Shown here piece by piece: positions 1-13,190 of a stretch of DNA of 64,000 bases. The stretch is taken from the NCBI RefSeq assembly GCF_006345805.1, contig NC_043001.1, positions 119,226,001 through 119,290,000 on the forward strand, written 5' to 3'. The position numbers and the translations under genes are program-made. How positions within the stretch are numbered: the first letter of the stretch is position 1; every line of letters starts with the position of its first letter. Origin of the DNA: Octopus sinensis. Taxonomy: Eukaryota. The notes beneath the pieces were generated by a model that worked only from the letters and a program-made list of their open reading frames with translations, did no database searches and was not told where the DNA came from.

Positions 1-339
1 CGTGTGGAAATGATTATCTTGATTATTTCTTCTATGAAATTTTGGTCCAATCAACATTTAGAATCACTAGTTAACATTCCTTTGTTACGTATAAAATGAA
101 ACAGCAGCTTTTCTTTCCGTGTATCCATTGGTGTATAGCCATGACATTTGAACATCAATTATTCCTTGTCATGAATAAGGATATACACTTGATTCTCTGA
201 TAAACGGGACAAGGGGGAAATTCAAAGAGAGACAGGGTCCTTTTCACAGGAATCCTTCCATTCAGCATCTTTGAACTAGTTTTTATGGATTTGAATGACA
301 GACTTCAGCAGATAATTGTCATCTCTCTCTGTCTCAGAG

Positions 340-583
340 TCTGTCGGTCCGAATGTCTCTGTGTATGTGTGTGTGTGTGTGTGTGTGTGCGCGAGATCGT
401 GTGCATGCACGCGCGTTTGTGTGTATATACAAACATATATAAAGTTGCGCATCGTTATAGTTATATAAAGACGCATAAATGCATATATATATATCTATGT
501 ATATATATATATATGAGTATACATTGAAATGTTTATAAGGGTGGCCGAGCGTGTATACATGCGCATGCTTGTACTTAAGCATA

Positions 584-663
<80 letters not shown>

Positions 664-705
664 TATATATATATGCACATATATATATAACCATATATAT
701 AAACT

Positions 706-745
<40 letters not shown>

Positions 746-1060
746 AACATATATATATAAACTTATATATATATATACGCACACGCACACACACACACAT
801 TTATATACATATAAACATGTGTATTTAATAAATTAGAAAGGGATTGAGTTAATGTAGGGGAATATCTTTCTATATATTCCGTATATATGTATACATGTGC
901 ACATACACATATATATGTGTGCATGTGTGGGTGTAAGTGTGTGTGTGTATGCGTGTAGACACATTCGTATAGACATATTGGGATAATTATATGCGGATAT
1001 ATGCGTGTGTACACATGGTATGTATGTGTGCGTATGTCTGTAATCAAATCACACATACAC
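340..1060. repeat. Compound (TG)n/(TA)n/(CA)n microsatellite region
   Basis: Dinucleotide runs are directly visible and explain the YI/CV-rich ORFs here. Confidence 0.95.
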
Positions 1061-1513
1061 ATGCAGATATCGTTTCTTGCATCATTACCTTTCCTTCTCT
1101 TCCAGGCGAAGGTCTGTTGGTGTTTGTGAAGTGATTAATGCAAAAGTAGTGTCCTCTTCCCTGCAAAAGCATGCAATTAAACGTGCAACCTTACATTCTT
1201 AGCATCAGGTTGCCAGTTGATAGCTCAGCTAAACACAACTGTAGCTGGAGTGATTAATCAAGTTGAATGTCTCCTATTTACTTGCATTTACAAGACAAGC
1301 TTCTAATGGGTTTACCTATTTTATGTGGGTGGTATGTGTGTGTGTGTTGGGATGTTTCTGCGAGTGAGTTTATGTATGAATCTATATTTGCGCGCGTACG
1401 CTTGCATCTATCTATCTATCTATCTATCTATCAATCTTCTCACACACATCCCTCTCACATGCTTGCACTTAAATATAGGAAGTATGCATTCATGTATGTA
1501 TGTATAATATATT

Positions 1514-1552
<39 letters not shown>

Positions 1553-1589
1553 CTGCGTGTGTGTGTGTACGTGTGTGTGTGTGTGTGTT

Positions 1590-1740
1590 CTGTCTTTTAT
1601 TCTTTTAGTTGTTTCGCCTTTAGTCGAACGAATCGACCCCAGTATTTATTCTATTAGTCTGTTTTACCGAACTGCTAAGTTACGGTGACGTAAACACGCC
1701 AACATCGGTTGTCAAGCGATGGTGGTGAGAACAAACAGAT
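1590..1740 (-). mobile_element. SINE family 1, 3' tail fragment
   Basis: Reverse-complement match to the tail of the fuller copies at 29521 and 41074 (gtcgaacgaatcgaccccag, ccgaactgctaagttacgg, catcggttgtcaagcgatgg). Confidence 0.8.
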
Positions 1741-1959
1741 ATAAAAATACGCACGCACACACACACACACGCACACACACACACACACCACACACACACA
1801 CACATTTGAACTGTGGCCTTGATCGTACACCCTTTCGAAGGGTTTAGGCGAACGAATTGACTCTAAAAACTGAGCCTGGCACTTATTCTGTGCTTTCTCT
1901 TTTGCCGAGCCGCTAACTTAACAGTGGTGGAGGACAGACAAGGATACAGAGACACGCAC

Positions 1960-1981
1960 ACATACATACATACATACATGC

Positions 1982-2012
<31 letters not shown>

Positions 2013-2914
2013 CATACATACATACATACATACATACATACACAGACACATACATACATGCATACATACATACATGCATACATACATACACACAAACATA
2101 CATGCATGCATACATACATACATGCACACATATACATACATACATACACACATATACATACATGCATACATACATACATTCATACATAAATACATACATA
2201 CATACATACACAAATATACATACATGCATACATACATACATTCATACATAAATACATACATACATACATACACACAACATACATACATACATACATACAT
2301 ACATACATACATACATACATACATACATACATCCATACATACATACATACATACATACACACATATACATACATACATACGTACATACATACATACATAC
2401 ACACATATACATACATACATACATACCATACATACATACATACATGCTTACATACATACATACATACACATACATACATACATACATACATACATACATA
2501 CACAGACACATACATACATGCATACATACATACATGCATACATACATACACACAAACATACATGCATGCTACATACATACATGCACACATATACATACAT
2601 ACATACACACATATACATACATGCATACATACATACATTCATACATAAATACATACATACATACATACAACATACATACATACATGCATACATACATACA
2701 TTCATACATAAATACATACATACATACATACACACATACATACATACATACATACATACATACATACATACATACATACATACATACATACATACATCAT
2801 ACATACATACATACATACATACACACATATACATACATACATACGTACATACATACATACATACACACATATACATACATACATACATACATACATACAT
2901 ACATACATACATAC
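1960..2914 (+). repeat. Degenerate (TACA)n array with an internal ~465-bp duplication
   Basis: Landmarks catgctta (near 1976 and 2443) and cacagacaca (2041 and 2501) recur about 460-470 bp apart. Confidence 0.9.
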
Positions 2915-3028
2915 AAAAATACCCTGTCGTTGATGTTAAAAGTTCAATGAAGGAGACTTGGACCTAGGTTTGAAACCGGCTCTTTCTCTATTGGCAAGAA
3001 ATCTTGAAATAAAACTGAATAATGACAT
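2915..3028 (+). mobile_element. 115-bp TACA-associated module, copy 1 (probable retroelement 3' end)
   Basis: Homologous to 14275-14385 and 16082-16190; follows (TACA)n and contains AATAAA near its end. Confidence 0.75.
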
Positions 3029-3122
3029 TGATATGCGTATACACACACACACACACACACAGACACAGACACACACACTCACACACACATATATATAAAT
3101 ATATATGAAATGTAAATAAATA

Positions 3123-3154
<32 letters not shown>

Positions 3155-6004
3155 CATAGATATATACATACATCGTATACATTACGTAATTATATTGTAC
3201 ATATTTCCTTTTGAGAAATTGATGAACAAAAGAGCTCGATAAAACATACATACATGCATACATACATACGACTAATTTCTTTCAGTCTCCATCTGCCGAG
3301 TCCACTCTCAAAGCTTTAGTTGGCTCGGGACCATTATGATAGACGACAGCAGTTCAAGGTGCCACGCAGTGCAACTGAACACAGAAGCATATGGTTAGGA
3401 ACCGAATTTCTTACCACGCAGCCTTTCCTCCACGTTCAAGTTTTATGTATTATCAACTTTAGTTTTTACTTACTGTACAAGTTTTAAGTAACTGTATATT
3501 TTAAAGAATATTGTGATAAAAATAAATGGATGACGCGGGAAAAGGCAAAAATTGACTTTTCGAGAACAGAGTACTTAGCAAACTAGTCCCGAACGATATT
3601 TTATCTCTTTCTCGATTTGTATAATTATTTGAAGGAAATTTATTGTTCTCTCCGATTCTGGATTCTGATTTTCAGATTTAAAGTTTTGAGTATTTCGATT
3701 CATTTAATGTACTTTTAAAAAATACATCTATCACTCAGTCTGGGATTAATATTCTGAGTGACTATAATATCACCAGGTCGATTTAGTTCGTAGTTCAAAA
3801 CGTTTAACTTCCATCGTGTTACGAATGCGCTTTGGAAAGACATGAACGCCACAACTCTCATAAAATAGACATTACTTCAAAAAAAAAAAAAAGAGATTAT
3901 GTTAATTATTAACTTCTAAGGACATTGCGATTCTTAATTTTTTGCCAACAATTTTCCTGAAATGTTTCATCCATTCATTCATTTTCCTTATTTTCTTATT
4001 CTTGATACTCCTCCTCCTCCTCCTCACCCTCTTCTTATTCTACATGTATAATCTCTCTTTTTACCACTTTTCGAAAATACGTTCCTCACCTTTTACTTTT
4101 TGTCTCTTTGCTGTTGCTTAAATTTCTCATCTTCATCACCCATCCATCGTCTTATCAACCGTTTCCCTCCTTCCTTTTTAACTTTCTTTTTGAGAAATAC
4201 GTCAAGTTTTGTTTCCTGTTCTTTTCCCCCCATTTTCTGTATAAATCTTGTTCTTAACATGTAAATTATGATACTATCTCTCACCTCTCGCTCCTCATAT
4301 TCCGTTACTATCTCTCTCTTATCTCTCCTGCACCATATATATGAGTGTGTGTGAGTGTGTGCACCCGCATGCACACATATTTTCTTTTTCTTTCTCTCTC
4401 TTCCTCTGCCTCACACATTCATCCTACATTTCATTCTCTCACTCCCTCTCGTCCCTATCCTGATTAGATCCATTTCATTGAAGCAGACGACAATATGATT
4501 TTTAGCCTTGTCTAAGTGATGATACGACGTGAGTTATCGTTTCTTGTTTGTATCCCATCTTTTTTATTTTCTCATATTTTTGTCTCCCTTCTGTTTTCTC
4601 ATTTTCTTCTTCAAAAATAGATCTATTTGATCCCGCAATTAGTTTTCTTTTATATTTGTTTTCTCAACATGATTTTCTTAAGATCTATAGAATCACAGGA
4701 GTAGACAGCAACCTGCAATCTTCTTATTTTGAAGACGAATCGCTCGTTGTTTTTGCAAGTTAATCATGAGTAAGTTGATTATGAATTACACTGCATAGCT
4801 TAGGCAGTGAAGTGTGAAATCTTAACTACATTTAAAATATGGCGTTGGGAGAGGCAGTTTAATCGATCTGCTAATATTTCAGAACGATTAACAGAAAGAG
4901 GAATAAAGGTTCTGCTAAGTTGAAAGTTTATGTTTAACGGCTGGGTGTCTTTCTTAAACATTTAATAATCTCAAAGGAAGATAATTTCCATAAATGGTAA
5001 CTAACGAAAATGTTGTTAGTGGTGTGTTTTTTAAACCATAACATATGATACCCGGAATACTGCTGCTAAAATTTATACTTTCCGTGCAGTGATTTTCTCT
5101 TCACTGTAAAATGCATACGAGATTACTGAACGCAGTGTTTTTACAAAATTCATTAATTATTCAATATATCTTGAAAGAGTCGAGACACCTGCCTGGTTTC
5201 GAATCTCCGCTGGTGCAAGTTCATATTACGTATGTCACTTATGCTCTTGGTGAAGATATGGGCTGTTTTATTAAATCAACTGAACTCTAATGACCCGTAA
5301 GAAATGAATTGTATATATGAGCAATCCAGCTGTGATCTATACTATATTATTGCATTTATTTAAATGTTAAGAATCATCGAAATTTCATTGCTTTTGCCAT
5401 GAGTACAGTTTATAATCTGTTACGATATCTACTATCTATACAGTCTTCTATCTACGAGATACTACGGTGGAGCTGATCTTGTATGTGTGTGTGTAATAGC
5501 AGAAAACATTAAAAGAAAATGTAACTCATTATTATCATTGTTGTTCTTTAACCCTAGATGACCCTTGATTGAATAATTCTTTTAATCAAATGTATTCTAT
5601 CCGTGACATTACCGTTTCACTGAATTCCTCCTTCAACCATTCTATTGGAAGGCTACTGCATCCATTTGTTCCAAAATAATCAACAAGTGATCCGAACTTT
5701 CGCTACTCATTTTCTGCTCCAAACCGTCTACTCTCGGCTGGCTCAGATGCTATGGCATCTTTCCTTTTGAGAATGCGTCAGACTCATCTCTCCACAGCAA
5801 GGGTTTTCACAGAGTCTGAACTGATTCTGGAGAATATAGGCGTTAAGACAATCCTAATGTTTTCCCAACAGGTTCGTCAACATACTACACAAAAGACGTC
5901 TCGGAAGTCAATCCTCCTCGCAGTGTAAACAGATTGGCACAAGTGGGATCTGTATATGAGAATGTAATTTGCATGACAGCGCCACCACGACAGAGTCAGG
6001 GAAG

Positions 6005-6056
6005 AACAGGTCACGTGAACAGGTCACGTGATTTTTCGTGTCAGTAGGAAGTGACG
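6005..6056. promoter_or_regulatory. Tandem E-boxes (GGTCACGTGA x2) plus an ETS-like GGAAGTG
   Basis: 13-bp direct duplication aacaggtcacgtg at 6005-6017 and 6018-6030; ggaagtgacg at 6047-6056; surrounding unique DNA appears CpG-richer than background by eye. Confidence 0.35.
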
Positions 6057-7099
6057 CTGGAGTTTAGGTTGGTTTTTGTGGGGGGACATCGATATTAGAA
6101 AAGAAGAGAAAGACTTAGTGTAATCTATCGACATCAAGGGAAGAGTAGAAGGTGTCGATGCGCTGCGAAATCGCAATAACAGGAAGTTCTACTGGGGTCC
6201 ACGTCCAGATAATGGTATTAACGCGAATTCTGTTTAAATCACACATGATCGACGAGGTAGAATTAAACTGAACAGTTTGATGTGTCTATCCACCACCCGC
6301 CTCTAGAATATAAAAATAGAAAGAAAACGCACGAAAAACTTGCATAAAATCGCCTCTTATTCCGATTAGAATACTGAATGCAAGGAGGGTTAATTCACCG
6401 GTTTTGTGGTTCTACCCATCCTCCGCCAACGTGATAGCTATCGGACTTGAATAGAGATAAATGAGCAGATTGCCTTAAGCATTCGTTATTTATTCATTGT
6501 TGTTGCATCACAATTCAAAACATACAGAAGTATATATTCGATAGATCGTAGCTTAATAACGATCAATTAACTGTTTGCTAATGATTTCTATTTTTGGCAC
6601 AAGGCCATGCATTCTAGGAAAGATATCTATTAGATTTTATCGAACCAGTACTTTACTGGTAATTTATCGACGCTGGGAAGAGGAAAAGAAAATTCCACTT
6701 CGATGGTATTTGAACGTAGAACGTGAAGAGATGTTACTAAATGCGGCAAAATATTTAATCTAGCAATATGTAGTTTATGCCGTACTCTACCTATAATTAC
6801 TTGTTCCATTTAATGATATATTTGGTCGTTAGCGTTGAAAAAACTTCGTGAAAGGGTGGCGTACTTGATTATTTTTCCTTTTACTTTTAGAAAATTCTGT
6901 AATATTGAATCCATTGTTGATTATCTAAAAAATAATTAATTCTAGGAACTAGGTAGGTATAATATCTTCTACAACCTCGCATTACTGCGAAGCCTAAACT
7001 TAATTGGCATAAAATATTGACAACATAACATCAAAAACATCAAAGTTCCCAAAGGAAAAGTTTCAAGTTATAAAGATAATCAATTCTGACTATCGTATG

Positions 7100-7156
<57 letters not shown>

Positions 7157-7171
7157 TATATTTATATATAT

Positions 7172-7203
<32 letters not shown>

Positions 7204-7902
7204 CATACACACACACACATACACACACACACATACACACACACATTATTACAGTCATGTTTTCCTTGAAGATATGAGAAACCTAAATGAACATTTTGCA
7301 TATTTTTATACCTCTTCCTTGCAGCTATGTATCTAATTAAAAACATCATTAATATATATGATTGAATATGCATGATGTTAGATTGGAAATTATAATCAAA
7401 ACTATTTTGATAGACTTAAGCTCCAATAATATCACCAATCACATGTTAAATGAAAATTATAAATGTAAATACAAAATGAAAATAATACAGAGAAAGGAAG
7501 AACGGAGAGAGTGAGAGAATGAGAGCGACAAAAAGAGAAGAGATGGAGAGAGAGAGAGAGAAAGAGAGAATGAGAAGGAATGAGGAAGAGAAAGGATTGT
7601 AGAATGGTAATGCTTATAAAGTACTGGACATTTTGCATAGAGGTAATGAGTTCGAATCCTGTATAAGCGTTGCTTTGTGCATCTAAATCTGTATTGGCAG
7701 ATCCTCTGTGAACGTTTAGGGTTCCTGTTTCGTCTCAGGCCACCCTCCCATTGTAGATCTGTTTAGTTTCCAGTATTTATTGCCAGCGAATATGTATGGC
7801 TCTTGCAAGTTTTGAAGATTGATTCACATTCAGCCACTTTCAAACTGTGCTGCATTCCCAGTGCTGCTCAGTTCGCAAGTGTCAGAATTCTTTATATATA
7901 TA

Positions 7903-8556
7903 CTAGCATTAAAGACCCGTCGTTGCCGGGTCATAGTGCTAGTGCATGTATATATGTGTATATATATGTGTACATATTACATGTACATCTATATATATAC
8001 ATCTACACATAAAATGCAAAATACAAAGTTATATCTTGGTATCGCTATAACAGACTGGAATTGTTAGCTCTTCTTTTTTCTCTACATTGTATACTTTATA
8101 GACAATAGTCTTTTCTTTAATTTAATGTTTTATTATCCATCTGGACTATTCCATTTCTGCACGCTAATTTTATTTTTAATTTAATTCCCATTCATGTGAA
8201 ACCACTTATTCAAGTTCATACCAATTGCTATTTTTAATTATATTATACTTTAATTTGATTTTAATTATTACTTACTACATATAATTCAATTGTTATTATT
8301 ATTTTTATTGTTAAAGTGAAAGCATCTGACGTAAAATAGAGAAATATTGTTGTTTCTCTTTTAACACGTAATACTGAAATAGTGGAGAAGATATGATATT
8401 GCTATGGGCTCGCTCTAGACAAGAAGTTGAACATTTTTTTGCCCATGAAACTACATGGACCCTAAGTAAGGCATGTGTAAAATTTGAATGAAATTGGTTG
8501 TGTAGTTCTCAAGTTTTTGGGAAACACACAGACAGACAAACACACATTCTCAGTTT

Positions 8557-8560
<4 letters not shown>
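7903..8560 (-). mobile_element. Non-autonomous Helitron-like element
   Basis: On the minus strand it starts tataaaactgagaatgtgtgtttgtctgtctgtg and ends with hairpin gacccggcaacgacgggtc (7914-7932) followed by CTAG (7903-7906), flanked by (TA)n. This matches the Helitron 3' signature. Confidence 0.75.
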
Positions 8561-8590
<30 letters not shown>

Positions 8591-10569
8591 ATGTTATCGT
8601 TCATTCAGAGAGGCTAGAGCAAACTCATGTTTATTCTTTACATGGCCTTTGAGACCGATGTGAAGAAAGGAAAAAGGTGTCGCCAAACTAAACTCCTGGT
8701 CCAAATGTTTGTAATAGAGAGAATTCTGTTAAAAGGGAACATCAACCTGTTGAGGATGTTAAACCGGGTGACGGATTAAGTGGACTGTCTTAGATTAAAT
8801 CTATCGCCAAATGGCTTCGAATGGAACGACAACATTGATTTTCCTATTGGAATATCATCTGCAGCAACAGGTGTACCTGACGTCTGCTTTACACATAAGC
8901 CTATTGCATATTAAACGTGTCATGAACACAGGCTCCCAACGTCAGATAGATGCTATACGAAAGATTCTCACAAACTAAATAAATTTAGAGAGAGATGGAG
9001 GGAGAGGGAGAGAGAGAGAGAAAGAGAGAGGGAGTGAAAGAGAGAAAGAAAGAGAGTGAGAATGAGAATGCAGCGTACTCTTAGACATATCGCTAGATAG
9101 ACAGAAATATACATTGAAAGCCATAAAATGTAGATAGATAGACAGATAGACAAACCACTATTATGTAGCATACTTTCATTCTCCACCCTATATTGTCTCG
9201 GTGGTTTATTCTTTACACACCGATTGTAAGATATTTAAATACATTTGGAAATAATTCTCTCTCTCTCTCTCTTTTTTCTATCTCTTTTCTTTATATCTCT
9301 TTTTCTTTCTCTTTGTTCTTTTTGGGTATTCCTTTATCTCTCTCTCTCTCTCTCGTTCTCACTCACCCTCTCTGTCTCTGTCCCTCTGTCTGTCCGTCTC
9401 TGTTTCTGTCTTTCTATCTGTCTCTCTCTCTCTCTTCCCATCTCTCTCCGCTTAATCTACCCTCTCTTCTTTTAATCACCTTTCTCTCTCTCTCTCTATT
9501 GTTCGGTGGCTTTGTTGTGTGACGTTATCAACACTAACCTTGTCATGGGTGAAATTAAATGTAACGCGGATCTTCAAAAATTTATCGCCCTCTATTTCCT
9601 GTGAAACGAAAAATTAGCATCAAATCAAACGTAGACGGCACCGAGTGAATGAACGAAAGCTGTCTACGCCATTTTGTCGCTGCAGTTTTATTTGAATTGG
9701 CTTTAAAACCAATTTATTGATCTTCTGCAAGGTTTTCATTTGTGTGATTAATTTGAATATATTTTTGTTGTCTTTTATATAACTGTTAGTTTCGTATTTC
9801 GAACAAAAGCAATAAGGAATAATAATGCAACTTAACTGTTGTTCCATATAATTTAATGTAAATTTTATCTTTATTTAACCTATTTTCTTTTAAAAAATCG
9901 TTTTATAATTTTGTCTATTATATTCTCTATTATATTTCTTGTTTCTTTCCTTTCTTGTTTCAGAGGTAAGACTGTTTTCAATAACTTCCGATTTCTTTTA
10001 TGTACTGACTAGGGTAAGTTGTTCACTAGCATTTCTTACTTGTGTTGTGATTTTTATTCTTTTTCTTATAACAAGAGAAGACCGACCTACTTCTGACATC
10101 GTGTTCATATTGTTATTTTGTTTCGCTTTACTTTAGTTTTTTTCATTTATTCTTTATTAGCAGTGTGTTTTGTTAGTACTGATAATGTATAACCTACATA
10201 ATAGTTAGCATTTTATTTCTTTTGGATCTTTGCTTATTTTGTGCGTGATTTTCGTAAAAGCAAGTTGTTTTGTGAAGCTAAGTATTTCGACTCGATATCA
10301 ATGCCTATTATGTCATATTGTATTATATTATACAATGCTACATTATATTCTTTTTATTATACTGAATGTTAGATAATATCCTGGTTATACTCCATTACTT
10401 TATATGTATTGAACTATGGTCGATTTCGTTTTACAGCAGTTCACCTGAGTACTGTAGCCGTATTTTAGTTATTGTATGGTATTTGAAAGAAGTTAATGCT
10501 TTTTCGTTCTATTCAACTGAATGTAATTTAACTGCAACGCATGTAATACATGCATACATACATACATAC

Positions 10570-10635
<66 letters not shown>

Positions 10636-10636
<1 letters not shown>

Positions 10637-11097
10637 GATGGGCTACAGCAAATATTCTGCTCAATACCACAGATTTGCTTGTCAGTTGTTTGACCATAAC
10701 CAGTTGAGCATGTCCCTTAGTGGCTGACGATATGTGCATCTCTGATCACGAGCAGAAGTAGTGGGGGAGCATCATAGCCATGTGTTGAGAGGGATTCTTT
10801 GGGGTTTGAATAGTTCACCTCTGGAAACATGGGTGGTTCTTTCAACATCCTTAAACAACCCTTATTCGGGGACCGTTTGAGCGGGATGGGCTACTCAACC
10901 TGAAGAAAATTCTAACTGGGCCCCAGCTGCAAGGTCATGTGCTGTTTACCTTGATATGAGATCACCATGTCGCGCACATATGGTTGTGATGCATGTGCCT
11001 GGTGTAACCTTATCAGACGGGTAGTCATGATGGGTATATTGGGCTTCGTATATTTTACCCCAGTGTCACTTTGATGGTATGCACTGCTCTCTCACTC
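10636..11097 (+). mobile_element. (AAT)n-flanked element, copy 1 (5'-truncated)
   Basis: High identity to 21068-21598, 47232-47785 and 63176-63537; ends ctctctcactc(AAT)n. Confidence 0.9.
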
Positions 11098-11146
<49 letters not shown>

Positions 11147-11289
11147 TAATAATAATAATAATATATATATATATATATATATATATCAAAACAGGAGATT
11201 GGAAAAAGGTTTTGGGTATTATTTATTCATCATTACACATTTCATTTGCTATTAGGGATTAAAAAATTGTACATGCAGGAGAGGCATGT

Positions 11290-11630
11290 TTGGCATTTCC
11301 TATTAGAAATTCTTCAGAGAGAGAATCAAATAATGTATGCATTAAGGAACACGTGGAGACAGTCACATCATTAACAAAACACCTAGAGAAAGGTTACACT
11401 CAAGCTTGTTATCAAGGTTTTATATGTAACATCAAGGAAGCCGTTCTCATTAATAAAATGAAACCATCGATCAAGGACAGACGACGAGAATTACACGAGG
11501 CAGAGAGGTTAATATATTCTGCGCATATCTCAACACCGAAGCATATCCCATACATCTGAACAAAATATACCAGTTCCACAGGATCCACCATGATCTAAGT
11601 AAGGAGTATGACGCTCGAATATAGAAATGG
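11290..11630 (+). mobile_element. Possible Penelope-like element remnant (GIY-YIG endonuclease C-terminus)
   Basis: Translation CNIKEAVLINKMKPSIKD...ERLIYSA resembles the KEA(I/V)xIxxxKPx(I/L)N motif at the end of Penelope ORFs; a decayed hammerhead-like string follows at 11595-11620. Confidence 0.5.
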
Positions 11631-11824
11631 AAGATAAATTTCAAACTGTCGTTCTGTCACCTTCCGTTTTCACTCTAGTATTTCACTTTCTCAATTTGTA
11701 TTGTATAGGTTTTGAAGACTTTCAATTTTAACTTCTTTTAGTGGTTTCAGCTCGAGAGATGCGGCCATACTAGGACACCGCTATTAGCTTTAACAGAGTT
11801 TCGCTACTTGAAACCTGTTCTCAT

Positions 11825-13190
11825 AGTTGGCATTTGATGAATGAGAGAGTTTCATGTTGTTGCCCTCATCTGTGTTTCTTGCCGCGATGTAGGTTCATCC
11901 AGAAAAAATCCAGTTTTGTTTTGACGGCACCTACATCAACTCGATGCAGGTCTCTTGGGCTTTTTGGAATGATAATGAAGAATTGTGAGACCTTGAAACC
12001 CAAGCTGCTGCAGTATCTGGTCCTGATGGCAATGTTGGGATTTTTGGTACTTTGCATTGGCAATCCACTTTGCTGTTTGTATAACTTTCAAATCAAAAGT
12101 TTAGAACAGGTCCTCCCAGGATTTTCTAGATCTATGTCATGCATATCTTTCTCGCTTTTGTCCTAGGGACTAAATTTTTTCAGTCGCTCCCTGTAGTTGA
12201 CAAGTCGCATTGAGACGATAGCTTCGCTGGATTGCTTCAAGTCCCGTCGTTACCCTTACGCTATGTGATGATCATAGTTGGGAACAGTTGTCTAAACGGT
12301 TGAGAACAAATATTCTCCAGAGGAGCATCACGGTTTCTTGATCTCTCATTCTGAAGGTCCGAAGGATTTATCTGGCCAGCCGTCTGCATTTCATTGCCAA
12401 CTCAGTAATATGCATCTGGAAAGATGCATCATTACTAATGTCAATGCCCAGGTCACGCACTTATTTTGATTCAGAGATTGCAATCCCCACTGGGCCAGTG
12501 TATCCTGTTTGCACTTCGTCCAGCTTCATGTGCCCGTAGCGCAGGGCTTGAAACTTTCCAGCATTAAACTGCATGTTATTGTCCTCAGCCTAACTGTATA
12601 TTGCATCCACCCCTTGTTGCAGGTGCTCAACATCTCCAGGTTTCTCTATCCTCTGAGACTTTCTTGCATCATCTGCATAGCTAGCAAGGGTGGTTATCCG
12701 AGCAGCTTACGGTATGTCTGAGAGGGCCATAATTGGCCCGTTGGCTACTATTACTGGATTTCTATCTTTTAGAAAGTCGTGTAGCCACTCCTCACGTTTT
12801 CCGACTATGCAGGGATTACGTAGCTTGTGACATATCATACAATGGTCGACTTTATCAAAGGCTTTATCAAAGACGAGTTATATCACGTGCACATTTGAGC
12901 TGTTAGGTAACTTCTTTACCAAAAGTCGTAGTGCTGTAAGAGCTGTGTTTGGTAGTATCTACTTGGTGGAAAACCGTGCTGGGTGTCAGTCAGCAAGATA
13001 CTCTCTTCAAGGAAAGCAATTAGTTTCCCTCGGACTACTCGGACTATTCGTTCTATGCTTTTGCTATTATGTGAGGTCAGAGAGATAAGCCTATAATTTT
13101 TAGCACGTGCTAACTCCTTTATGGATGAGGCATATTATTCCCTCTTTCAATTTACCTGGGAGCTTGCCACTTGCAAGGAAGCTCTGAAGC
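11825..13190 (-). mobile_element. Decayed CR1-group LINE, RT domain and C-terminus
   Basis: Minus-strand translations GKLPGKLKEGIICLIHKG, KNYRLISLTSH, TQHGF, FDKAFDKVDH, LEAIQRS and TRYCSSLGFK, with stops and frameshifts. Confidence 0.85.

Larger units (their letters stand above)
1805..3425 (-). mobile_element. Decayed SINE family 1 copy split by a (TACA)n array and a 115-bp module
   Basis: Tail-like sequence at 1805-1950 and head-like sequence at 3270-3425 (ctttcagtctcc ... gtgccacgcagtg ... ttaccacgcagcc) are in the same orientation on either side of the microsatellite. Confidence 0.65.

Noticed and set aside
276-2967. Long ORFs such as 1924-2967 (347 aa) and other HTYI/MYVC/YI-rich ORFs throughout the window
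   Set aside because: They are translations of (TACA)n, (TA)n, (TG)n, (TCTA)n and triplet microsatellites that simply lack stops.
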